A stretch of 35,274 nt of DNA from Chiloscyllium plagiosum (Eukaryota), in the NCBI RefSeq assembly GCF_004010195.1, contig NC_057749.1, positions 21,352,422-21,387,695 on the forward strand, in the 5' to 3' direction. Positions 22,401 through 32,830 of the stretch are shown piece by piece. The notes beneath the pieces are model-generated. The model saw nothing but the letters and a program-made list of their open reading frames with translations, made no database searches and was not told where the DNA came from. Positions within the stretch are counted from its first letter, which is position 1. The number at the start of each line of letters is the position of its first letter. A program made the translations under genes and the position numbers.

Positions 22401-23208
22401 TTCAGTTGATTTGAATTAGTTTTTGGGCATGAAGTAAAAGGACTATTCAAATTGATTAAGGAGAAATTAATAAGTCAGAATCCAGAGACCATGTATCTGG
22501 GCTATGTGTCCAATTTTGGAGAATGATTAAATAGAGCTGGAGAGTTGGCTAGACAGCATTTAAATGTATCACAACATACAATGAAACAGGAAGCAGATAA
22601 GAAATCACAAGTTTGCAATTTTGCAATTGGGCATAAGGTATTGGTGTTACTTCCAGTAACAGGAGAACCTTTAAAGGCCAGGTTTAATGGACCTTATCAA
22701 ATTGAGAGGAAATTGAGTGAGGTGAACTACTTGATAAGGGATCAGACAGGAAGAAATCTCACAGAGCGTGTCATATGAACATGCTCAAAAGGTATTTTGA
22801 CAGGGAAGGAAAGCAAGAGGAGAAGGTGTTAATGATTACAGCACAGAAGGAAGAACCACGTTCAGAGGATTCTGAATTGGACATTCCTCAAATCAAATTG
22901 GACAATGAGGAAGTTGTTAAAAATTGGGATAAATTATTGAGTTACCTTCCAGAAGAAAATCGAAATGACCTGAAAGAGTTATTACTACCACATGGGGAGA
23001 TATGCGGAAATAAATTGGAAGTGCTAATTGTGCATGATGTAGATATGGGAGATTCTGTTCCAATTAAGCAACATCCTTAAACCTGGCAGTCAACCTTGCT
23101 AAATAAATCCGGATAATTTTTATTGTACACTTAATGAAACAAATTGCAAAGTTATGGTCTGGGCTGCCTGCTTAAGAATGTCTTGAGTGGTCTGGCCTAG
23201 TCCATAAC
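19458..23208 (+). mobile_element. Gypsy LTR retrotransposon, Gmr1 type (gag-PR-INT-RT order), internally deleted
   Basis: 5' LTR TG...CA 19458-20079; tRNA-Pro-like PBS tgggggctc; gag from 20180; CFHCNKVGH knuckle about 20837; ILRDTGSSQS protease; integrase FIDCVGP / DQGSNFTS / HPESQG / GPYQI; RT start PIKQHP; then a jump into a 3' LTR remnant 23079-23208. Confidence 0.9.
20083..20101 (+). promoter_or_regulatory. Primer binding site, tRNA-Pro-like (degenerate)
   Basis: tgggggctctttgcgggat versus TGGGGGCTCGTCCGGGAT, 3 nt after the LTR end. Confidence 0.7.
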
Positions 23209-23209
23209 T

Positions 23210-24135
23210 TTCAAGTTTCACAACATCCTTCCAATAGGAAGGAGACCAGAACAATATTCCAACAGTGGCCTAACCAATGTCCTGTACAGCTGCAACATGA
23301 CCTCCCAACTCCTGTACTCAATACTCTGACCAATAAAGGAAAGTATACCAAACGCCTTCTTCACTATCCTTCCTACCTATGACTCCACTTTCAAGGAGCT
23401 ATGAACTCCAAGGTCTCTTTGTTCAGCAACACTCCCCAGGACCTTACCATTAACTGTATAATTTTGCTCTGATTTGCCTTTCCACAATGTAGCACCTCAC
23501 AATTATCTATATTCAACTCCATCTGCCACTCCTTGGCCCATCTGATCAAGATCCCATTATAATCTGAGGTAACCTTCTTCGCTGTCCACTACACCTCCAA
23601 TTTTGGTGTCATATGCACACTTACTAATTGTACCTCTTATGTTCACATCCAAATCATTTATATAAATGACAAAAAATAGTGGACCCAACATCGACCCTTG
23701 TGACACACTATTGGTCACAGGTCTCAAGTTTCAATAGCAATCTTCCACCACCACCTTCCATCTTCTACCTTCGAGCCAGTTCTATATCCAAATGGCTAGT
23801 TCTCCTTGCTTTAATTTAACCTTGCTAACCAGTCGACCATGCGGAAACTTGTCGAACGCCTTACTGAAGTTCATATAGAGCACACCCACTGCACTGCCCT
23901 CATCAATCTCTTCATTACTTCTCCAAAAAGACTCAATCAAGTTAGTGAGATATGATTTCCCACACATATGATTTATCTTTCCAAATACTCGTAAATTCCG
24001 TCCCTCAGGATTCCTTCCAACAACTTGCCCACCACTGACATCAGGCTTACTGGTCTCTAGTTCCCTGGCTTTTCATACCATCTTTCTTAAATAGTGGCAC
24101 CATGTTAGCCAACCTCCAGTCTCTTGGAATGGCAT
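23210..24135 (-). mobile_element. CR1 RT fragment
   Basis: GKSYLTNLIESF...[17 protein letters not shown]. Confidence 0.9.
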
Positions 24136-24142
24136 TTTTATT

Positions 24143-24474
24143 TTGATTAGATTAGATTACCCACATCGTGAAAACAGGCCCTCCGGCCCAACACGTCCAC
24201 AACGACCTGCCGAAGTGCAAGCCACCCAGACCCATTCCCCTACATTTACCCTTTCACCTAACACGCTACGGACAATTTAGCGTGGCCAATTCACCTAACC
24301 TGCACATTTTTGGACTGTGGGAAGAAACCGGAGCACCTGGAGGAAACCCACACAGACACGGGGAGAATGTGCAAACTCCACACAGAGAGTCGCTTGAGGC
24401 GGGAATTGAACTCGGGTCTCTGGTGCTGTGAGGCAACAGTGCTAACCACTGTGCCACCGTGCCACCCACATGCC
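24143..24474 (-). mobile_element. Full-length HE1 SINE
   Basis: Head, V-domain and tail with tctaa repeats; a short duplicated head piece is adjacent. Confidence 0.9.
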
Positions 24475-25041
24475 ACTGTGCCACCTACATTCAGGGAAGC
24501 GCATATCCTAAAAGTTAATTTAAAAATTTGGACAGTTGCCCAGACTTTTCAGTCAGGGGCAAATGGCCTTTTAACATCCACCCTGACCCAACTTCTAATA
24601 AGGTATTTTTCTATCAATGACAACACCTTCAATCCTCTAAACTCCAGAGACTACAGCACCACTCTACTCAATCTCTTCACGCTGGGCAACTCTCTCATCC
24701 CGGGATCCAATCTAGTCTCCATATTGTGAACCCTACCTCAGTAGAGTTTCTGTTAATACAATATGGATAGTATACCTAAGAAGACACCAAAAATATTAGA
24801 GATGGCCAATAAATGGTGGCCCAGTGAGGGACGCGCATATCCCAAAAATTAATTTAAAAATTGACCCCCAAAGACTAAATACAATAGTCAGGTGTTGAAG
24901 CTGAGGAGATTCTAAGTGCATGTAGAGTCATACTATATTTGACAAACTGAGATTAGCCAGGTTTATTAAACACTGCAAAGAGCCTGATACTTTTGAGCTG
25001 TAATACTACGGGACACTACAAGATTATGTTTTACAATGATC

Positions 25042-25260
25042 CTAAAATAACGCTATTGGGGCTGGTATCCCATCACCAAGTCATCCTTTGTTTACAGGTG
25101 GAGAGTCCATGACAGTGATCCATCTCCCTCAGAGCCAGCTCTCAGAGTGAACAGAACCCTGAACAGCCAGGGTTCCCTGATGGGACCAGGTTAACAACCC
25201 CAGTCAGGAAACTCATATTGTATGATGTCCACCTGGCTGACCTTGTTATAATCACCATAG
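25042..25260 (-). mobile_element. Solo-LTR-like repeat inserted at the ExoI-like motif of pPolB
   Basis: About 100 bp nearly identical to 26374-26476. Confidence 0.6.
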
Positions 25261-25649
25261 ACTTAAAGCTTGGATGTTCGAGTTGACCCTTCATTGTGGC
25301 CTCACTAATCTGCTGAGTACCTGCTAATTATCTGGTGTGCTCAATATCAGGCAGAACAGCCCCCTTTTTGATGAGTAGGGGGACTAGATAGTGACAGATG
25401 TTCTTTGAAAAGAATCTTTGTGACAACATTTCTGTTAATTCCCCAATCGTTTATACTGCCCTGTTGTCCCTTTCTGTGGTCTGGGGAGTGTATATGAAGG
25501 CCTTCAGAGTGGGGTTCAAGTCCCAGGTTGAACAATCATTGAATTTTACAGCCATTCAGCCCATCAGGCCTGAGCTAGCTGTTTGAAAGAGCTCTCCAAC
25601 TTATCCCACTCTCCCTGCGGCTTCCCCATGTAAAGAGTAGGCCATTCAG

Positions 25650-26316
25650 CCCTGAAGTGAAGTGAAAGGCTGCTACCTCAGTCGGGGTGAAAATCTGGTC
25701 ATCGGCTGTGAAGTGCTGTCAGTGTTGGTGTGCATAGTGCAGGTTTGGCCTAATCCCCGAACCTGCACCACTCCAGTCACCCGAGCCACCTTTTATTTCA
25801 TTTGGAGATTGATTGTGGGCTTTGTCTGTACCACGTATAAAGCACTGGACAAAGTGGGGAAGAACAAACCCAATGCTGTCCTCATCCTGATGGCTACCTT
25901 TGTGCGCTACTGCATCAAGCTGTGTGCAGACCCTCAGTACGCAAACACCAAGTCTCACCAAGTCTATTTGTCCCCATTGTTACAAAGGATGGGACTGGTC
26001 TCATAGTTAGACCATCCTATATTACCTGTCCTTCATGGAGAAATTTGTGAAGAAAAAGACCTTTGACCACCAGGCCATCAGGAAGTCACCAGCACGTAGA
26101 ATTCCTGAGACCCCTCGGGAAAAGGTGGGTCCTGTCGGGTGGTTTCCCCAAGCAGAGTGTCAGAGTCTTTTGGCAGAATACCTCATCACCAGAACTTTCC
26201 AACAAGCACCAAGACATCGCTTGGCTGGAGGCGATAACATTCTTCATGTTTGCCCGGACCTGCCACTGCACACTGCCCTCAGAGCAGTGGTGGGGCCAGA
26301 GCCTGTCACACAGTTG
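25650..26316 (+). mobile_element. Tx1/L1-clade LINE ORF2 fragment (post-RT region)
   Basis: GENLVIGCEVLSVL...QVWP...FIWR...LILMATF; VFWQNTSSPELSNKHQDIAWL; terminal Cys/His-like remnant HCPQ...EPVTQL. Confidence 0.7.
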
Positions 26317-26358
26317 TGTTACTCCTGGACGCTACAAGATTGTCTTTTACAATGATTT

Positions 26359-26500
26359 TGAAATAACCCCACAGGGGCTGGTATCCCATCACCAAGTCAC
26401 CCTTTATTTACAGGTGGAGAGTCCATGACAGTGATCCATCTCCCTCAGAGCCAGCTCTCAGAGTGAACAGAACCCTTAACTCTTCTCTTTTTATCTGTCT
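26359..26500 (-). mobile_element. Partial solo-LTR-like repeat
   Basis: Same family as 25042-25260. Confidence 0.6.
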
Positions 26501-26584
26501 GTTCCCCAGGACGCACACTGAGACAGATGACGACTGCGCCTCGAGGACCATAACTCAGTGAAAGACGCTCTTCAGCCGCCCGAA

Positions 26585-26778
26585 ACTGGCTCGATGGCTG
26601 GTTCAATTCCTGCACTAACTGAGGTTACCTCGGCGATCCTGCCTTTTCAACCTCTCCCCTCACCCTGAGGTGTGAAAATTGTCCGATTAAAACACCAGCT
26701 GTCATCTCTCTCTAATGAGAGAGCAGCCGTCCGGTCCTTATCAGGCAAACCAGCCGTTCAGCCAACTGAGCTAACCAA
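26585..26778. mobile_element. tRNA-derived SINE fragments (non-HE1), both orientations
   Basis: B-box-like ggttcaattcc, a ctctctctaatgagagag hairpin, and a minus-strand head ggttagctcagttggctg. Confidence 0.45.
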
Positions 26779-27084
26779 ACACTGATCTACAGCCATTACC
26801 CTGTGTCGCACCTGGGCAGATGCCATGAGATGCCAACAGGACACGTACCACCTATTCCACTAAATCCTAACTCTAATCCTAACCCCATTTGGAAGTGTTC
26901 AGTCAGTACAATAAAACAATGCAAGAAAAGGAATCTGAATACTCAAGGTTAGTGTGCACTTGATATGTCACAATCAGGTACGTAAAATTGAAAGAGAAAG
27001 CAACCTTGCATTTTCATAGCACCTATTACAATTGCCAGATGTCATAAATCCTTTATACCCAGTGAAGGGGAATTGTCGTTGTAA

Positions 27085-27363
27085 GGGGCGGCATGGTGGC
27101 TCAGTGGTTAGCACTGCTGCCTCACAGCCTGTCCCCGGTTCGATCCCAGCCTCGGGCGACCGTCTGTGCGGAGTTTGTACATTCTCCCCGTGTCTGCGTG
27201 GGTTTCCTCCCACAGTCCAAAGGTGTGCAGGTCAGAGTGAATTGGCTGTGCTAAATTGCCCCGTAGGGATAGGTGCATTAGTCAGAAGGGGGCTGGGTTA
27301 CTCTTCGGAGGGTCTGTGTTGGGCCGAAGGGCCTGTTTCCACACTGTAGGGAATCTAATCTAA
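27085..27363 (+). mobile_element. HE1 SINE
   Basis: Head to tail present; possible TSD tgtaa at 27080-27084 / 27364-27368. Confidence 0.9.
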
Positions 27364-27950
27364 TGTAAATAGAGCATAAAAACAAGGAGGGGTGACAGAC
27401 CTACACAGAAGAATGGTTCAGCTTCAGATTACATTCAGTCCTTGGGGACGTTCACTTTAGGAAGGATGCAACAGCTTCAGAGATGGCACAAAAATAGCCC
27501 TGAGAATGGGTCCAGGTCTGAGGAATCTTCAGCTATTCGAATGGGTAGAGAATTTGGGATTGCTCTCCTTGGTGAGGAGAACATTGAGTAGAGATTTGAT
27601 TGAGGTGTTTAAAATCAAGAGGGATCTTGCAGAGTAGATATATAGGGAGAAACCATTCCTGATCGAGAGCACAGACATAAGGTAACTAGCGAAATAAAAC
27701 AAACAAACAAAAGAGATTAAAGAAAATTAATTGACAGTTCTAGTCAGGAATGCTCTGCCTGAGAGGAGGGTGGCAATAAATAAAATTGAGGCTCCAAAAG
27801 AGATCATTATTTGAAAGTAAGAAAAAAAGGAAATGACAGGCCAAAGGGATGAAAAGCAGGCATTAGGATCAGGTGAGACACTGTGAGAGAGGGCTAGCAC
27901 TGACCTGACGGGCAAAATGGTCTCCTGTGCTGTAAGCTTTGTCCGATTCC
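27364..27950 (+). mobile_element. Very old CR1 3' fragment
   Basis: Decayed RKD...DLIEVFKI...RNALPE motifs. Confidence 0.55.
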
Positions 27951-28667
27951 ATGAAGCCACAATGTGGGAACGACAGGATAATCTGTTTGAGATTAATCTA
28001 CACATTCTAGATTCAGCAATTGCTGATCGGAAGAGCACACAACTTACACAGAAATTACTGCCAAAGGCTTCATTTACTGTTTAATTATTAAACTGAGTTG
28101 ACTTAGTTTAAACAGAAGCACTTACCAAAGGTTACAAATATCTCTCAGTTTGCAAATGGTAGTGGGTTCCAGAAATAGAACAGCTATTAGAACCTGGACT
28201 TCAGTGATGAAGCGTTGCTTATGTTAAACGAACAATGTTCAGTCATTGCACACGCTTATAAAGACAATCAGAGCGCGTTACTAATCAACAAGAGGTTCAA
28301 GGTATTTCATGGATAATTAACTTCCTTAATTCCAAGTTGTTTCCTTGGACAGATAGCAGTGGATTACAGGCAAAACTGTAGTTTGTAAAGGACACGCCTT
28401 TCAGATCAATGTTAGACCCACAGCACACATTAATTACAAGATGGTTTCTAAATGTCACAATTGTTGACATAGAGTTCTCTAATGTTGCCACTCTTCCTCT
28501 GCGGCTTGTAGTGATATTCGTGATGGTGTTGGGGAGAGGTGATGGGGAGCTGTTGGAGAGGTGGGGAGTATCTGGGTTCGCGTCTGGGACAGTTACAGGC
28601 TGATGATTGAATCCAATGTGACAAAAGATTTCTGAATCCAATATGGCAGGTGCGAGGATTTGATAGA

Positions 28668-28895
28668 ATAGAGTAGAATCCGTAGAGTGTGGAAACAGGC
28701 CATTTGGCACTACAAATCCACACTGACCCTCCGAAGAGCAACCCACCCAGACCCCAACCCCTACCCCATTATTCCACATTTACCTCTGACTAATGCCCCT
28801 AACCTATACATCCCTGAACCACTATAGGACAATTTAGCGTGGCCAATTCACCTAACCTGCATATCTTTGGACTGTGGGAGGAAACCGGAGCACTC
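28668..28895 (-). mobile_element. 5'-truncated HE1 SINE inside pPolB
   Basis: HE1 tail and core on the minus strand. Confidence 0.85.
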
Positions 28896-29196
28896 GGTTT
28901 GATGTCTCCCAGTGGGCAGGCAGGTTAAGAGGCATTGGAGGTCAAATCTGAAACAAGAGTTAGGCTCCTTTGCTTGTGACAGCTGAGGCCTCAGGCCTGT
29001 TTGATAGCCAGGTGTAAAAGTAGGCCTGGTCAAGTCAGATAAAACTCCAGGAAGGCATTTGGGTGAATTCTCCCCGCTCTGTAGAGATGTGCTGGCAGGT
29101 GGGAGGACTTGTAATAAATGGCAGGCAAAGCTATCAGGACGCCTCCCCATGTCAATGTACCACCATCCCAGAGGGAAAAGCCATTAACAACACCAG

Positions 29197-29423
29197 CCAT
29201 ACACCCAGACCCATTTCCCTCAACACTATAGGCAATTTAGCATGGCCGACTCACCTGACCTGCACATCTTTGGACTGTGGGAGGAAACCGGAGCACCCAG
29301 AGGAAATCCACGCAGACACAGGGGAGAACGTGCAAACTCCACACAGACAGTGACCCGAGGTGTGAAATCAAACCTAGGTCCCTGGTACTGTGAGGCAGCA
29401 GTGCTAACCACTGAGCCGCCGTG
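29197..29423 (-). mobile_element. HE1 SINE lacking most of its tail
   Basis: Head and V-domain on the minus strand. Confidence 0.85.
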
Positions 29424-29579
29424 AGAGATAAATCCTAGCCCTGCTGACATACTCCATAGATCTCTCTTTTTTCTTCTCTTTTGTGTTTGTTTCTCTCTCC
29501 TCGTTCTTCTCTCAGCCTCAGACTCGGCGCAGACCTGATAAGGCGACCTCCTGGTGAAGCATGATGGCCTGTTGATCTG

Positions 29580-30870
29580 GTGTGGTGGTCTTTCAGCTCA
29601 GTGTGGTAGCCTTTCTGGTCAGCGTGATGGTCTTTCTGCTCAGAATGGTGGTCTTTCTGCTCAGGGTGGTGGCCTTTCTGCTCAGGGTGATGGTCTTTCA
29701 GCTCAGGGTGGTGGTCTTTCAGCTCAGGGTGGTGGCCTTTTTGCTCAGTGTGGTGGTCTTTCTGCTCAGAGTGGTGGTCTTTCAGCTCAGGGTGGTGGTC
29801 TTTCTGCTCAGAGTGGTGGCCTTTCAGCTCAGGGTGGTGGCCTTTTTGCTTAGGGTGATGGCCTTTTTGCTCAGTGTGGTGGTCATTCTGCTCAGGGTGG
29901 TGGCCTTTTTGCTCAGTGTGGTGGTCTTTCTGCTCAGAGTGGTGGTCATTCTGCTCAGGGTGGTGGCCTTTCTGCTCAGTGTGGTGGTCTTTCAGCTCAG
30001 TGTGGTGGTCATTCTGCTCAGAGTGGTTGTCTTTCAGCTCAGTGTGGTGGCCTTTTTGCTCAGTGTGGTGGCCTTTCTGCTCAGAGTGGTGGTCTTTCTG
30101 CTCAGGGTGGTGGCCTTTCTGCTCAGTGTGGTGGTCTTTTTGCTCAGTGTGGTGGTCATTCTGCTCAGAGTGGTGGTCTTTCTGCTCAGAGTGGTGGTCT
30201 TTCAGCTCAGTGTGGTGGTCTTACTGCTCAGAGTGATGGTCTTTCAGCTCAGTGTGGTGGTCTTTCTGCTCAGTGTGGTGGTCTTTCTGCTCAGAGTGGT
30301 GGTCATTCTGCTCAGGGTGGTGGCCTTTTTGCTCAGGGTGGTGGCCTTTCTGCTCAGAGTGGTGGTCTTTCTGCTCAGGGTGGTGGTCATTCTGCTCAGA
30401 GTGGTGGCCTTTCTGCTCAGAGTGGTGGTCTTTCAGCTCAGTGTGGTGGTCTTACTGCTCAGAGTGGTGGTCTTTCAGCTCAGTGTGGTGGTCTTTCTGC
30501 TCAGTTTAGTGGTCTTTCTGCTAGTGTGGTGGTCTTTCAGCTCAGAGTGGTGGTCTTTCTGCTCAGAGTGGTGGTCATTCTGCTCAGGGTGGTGGTCTTT
30601 CTGCTCAGAGTGGTGGTCTTTCAGCTCAGTGTGGTGGTCTTTCTGCTCATTGTAGTGGTCTTTCAGCTCAGTGTGGTGGTCTTTCAGCTCAGAGTGGTTG
30701 CCTTTCTGCTCAGGGTGGTGGCCTTTCTGCTCAGAGTGGTGGTCTTTCAGCTCAGTGTGGTGGTCTTTCTGCTCATTTTAGTCGTCTTTCAGCTCAGTGT
30801 GGTGGTCTTTCTGCTCATTTTAGTGGTCTTTCAGCTCAGTGTGGTGGTCTTTCTGCTCAGTGTGATGGTA
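29580..30870. repeat. 21 bp minisatellite (ggtggtctttctgctcagWgt), about 60 copies
   Basis: Strict 21 bp periodicity with a few variant positions. Confidence 0.97.
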
Positions 30871-31250
30871 TTTTGGTTCAGCACGGTGGTCTCTCAGTGG
30901 CCCAGTGTTTCGGTCTCTCGGCCTGATATGACCTCAGCATGGACTTCCGCTCTCGAGATGATTCCTTGAATTACAGTCCCACTGTGGCTAAGCACTTAGG
31001 GAAGTCTGCAGTGTTTGAACTTTCAGCTTTATTTCTTTATTTTCTACTTAAAACCAAGCATGTCTGGAATGTTTAACTTTAAACTTTGTTCTTTTTTCTA
31101 CCTTGTTCTTAAGATTCTGTACCTGGGTAACTTGTACCTGAAATGGCGTTGTGTCTGGTGACGTTATAGACATTTCACTGTACCCCTGTACGCTTGTACT
31201 TGGGTACATCTAACAATGACATCAAAACCAAAATCAAATCAAATCAAATC
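30870..31250 (+). mobile_element. Unclassified retroposon 3' end with aaatc-repeat tail; related end at 31575-31680
   Basis: atggcg...tgtac...acaat followed by aaatc repeats, shared between the two copies. Confidence 0.4.
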
Positions 31251-31333
31251 AACACCAGGCCTGTGGCGCATTGGCAGAGCACTTAACAGGAAGAACAGGG
31301 AAGTTTTATTTATTTTTCTTCATTTTACTGCCT

Positions 31334-31570
31334 TTATAATTGCGCAGAGGCTGGTATGCCATCACCAAGTCATCCGTTCTTTATACGTGCGTAGTACATG
31401 GGCTCTGTTCAGCCAGCTCAGAGTTAGTACCGAGGGTGAGGAGAATCTCTGAATCTCTGAATCTCCTGGTTATTTCTGTCAGCCAGAGCTCCCTGATTGG
31501 CTCCGGTTAACAGCCCCAGCCAGGGATCCCTGATCAGTGAGATCCACATGGCCCTCCTACCCATCTCCAC
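31334..31570 (-). mobile_element. Solo-LTR-like repeat inserted just after pPolB motif A
   Basis: ggctggtatgccatcaccaagtca...ccctgattgg...ggttaacagcccca family match. Confidence 0.6.
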
Positions 31571-31930
31571 AATATTCACCACTTTGGTTTATTTCTCCGT
31601 GCTTTAAGATGGCGCCAGAGAGTGGCGACACCGTACAGCTGTATTTTGTAACAAGATACACGCGACAATAAATAAATCAGACAGCAGTCCTCATTGAGCA
31701 GTCCTCACCAGATACAGGAGGTGGAAGACCCAGGGTAAGTTCCCTAATATCTCAGCTCGACAGCAGGATACCACCCCCAGCACTTTAATGAGACCGACAC
31801 ATTCTGTTTGTCCTTCATATACTTCCTTTATCTCATTAATTAACATGTGAACTGTAGCTTCTTAACAAACTCAATAAACCATCAGAAAATTGTCGACCAA
31901 CCTTATTAGGTATCTCTACTGGTGAACTCA

Positions 31931-32221
31931 GGTGGCATGGTGGCTCAGTGGTTAGCACTGTTCCCTCAGAGCACTAGGGTTCCAGTTTTGATTCCAGCCT
32001 CGGGCCGTGTGGAATGTGCACGTCCTCCCCGTGTCTGCGTGGGTTTCCTCCCACAGTCACAAAGATGTGCAGGTTAGGGTGAATTGGCCGTGCTAAATTG
32101 CCCGTAGTGTTAGGCGCATTAGCCAGAGGAAAATAGGTCTGGGTGGGTTACTCTTCGGAAGGTCAGTGTGGACTGGTTAGGCCAAAGGACCTGTTTCTAC
32201 ACTGTAGGGAATCTAATCTAA
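31931..32221 (+). mobile_element. HE1 SINE
   Basis: Head, core and tail gggaatctaatctaa. Confidence 0.9.
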
Positions 32222-32830
32222 ACTCTTTGAAGCCAGCGCAAAGCCATAGACCAATCAGTGAAATGGGTGGATAAGTGGCAGATGCAGTTTGGTGCAGGAA
32301 ATCGTGAAGTGATACATTTTGGTAGGTTGAAAGTTCAAAAACAATAAAAATTGAGTACATCAAAGTGGATGTAGGAGCAGAGAAATCTGGGGGTTGATTC
32401 ACTTGAAAACGTAACAGGTAGGAGCAGGAGTAGGCCACTTGCCCCATTGAGCCTGCTATGTCATTCAATATAATCATGGCTGATCATTCAACTCAATATC
32501 CTAATTCCACCTTCCCCCCCATATCCATTGATCCCTTTGTCCAGAAGAGCTATATCTACCTCCTTCATGAAAATACACAATGGTTTGGCCTCAAACAATC
32601 TTTTGTGGCAATGAATTCCACAGATTCACCACTCTCTGGGTGAAGATATTTCTCCCCATCACAGTCCTAAGAGATTTACCTCTTATCCTTAACCTATGAT
32701 GTCTGGATGTGGACTCCCTCACCACTGGGAACTTCTTTCATGCATCTAACCTGCCTGGCCCTGTTCGAATTTTATAGGTTTCTATGAGATCCCCTTCCCC
32801 CCGCCCACCCCAACTCTTCTAAACTCCATT
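32222..32830. mobile_element. CR1 fragments: plus-strand RT piece (32222-32410) and minus-strand 3' end (32415-32830)
   Basis: WVDKWQMQF...CEVIHFG-like motif; taggagcaggagtaggcc 3' UTR in reverse. Confidence 0.7.

Larger units (their letters stand above)
1380..31930. mobile_element. Decayed Polinton/Maverick (adintovirus-like) endogenous viral element, fragmented by later TE insertions
   Basis: Non-TE islands translate to colinear motifs of pPolB (+), penton-like (-), protease-like (+) and hexon-like (-) proteins. The polymerase points away from the capsid genes, as in Mavericks. No TIRs, integrase or ATPase recognised; boundaries approximate. Confidence 0.7.
24860..31930 (+). pseudogene. 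Protein-primed family B DNA polymerase (pPolB) remnant, Polinton/adintovirus type, in many pieces
   Basis: Colinear motifs: YKIMFYND (25017-25040, ExoI-like); YPVSHLGRCHEMPTGHVP (from 26797); FKQKHLPKVTNISQFANG (28107-28160); FSDEALLMLNEQCSVIAHAYK (28200-28262); DGF..IEF..CCH (28440-28510); FSPLCRDVLAGGRT (29068-29109, cf. PLxPRDAxxGGRT); FIYFSSFY (31305-31328, cf. motif A YxDFxSLYP, with gat>tat). Confidence 0.7.

Noticed and set aside
21854..22778. Integrase as the Polinton integrase
   Set aside because: It is embedded in gag-PR-INT-RT between LTRs with a PBS and GPY motif, so it belongs to the Gypsy element.
26333..26368. YKIVFYNDFEIT as an intact ExoI DxE motif
   Set aside because: The FEIT codons overlap the tgaaataa end of the LTR-like repeat, so the E may be coincidental; only YKIxFYND was used as evidence.
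28297..28779. Minus-strand ORF resembling a penton N-terminus
   Set aside because: The plus strand of the same DNA carries several ordered pPolB motifs, and the ORF starts inside a SINE.
29554..30969. Long ORFs up to 357 aa (VVFLLR, WWSFCS and GGLSAQ repeats)
   Set aside because: Artefact of a 21 bp stop-poor minisatellite that is open in several frames.
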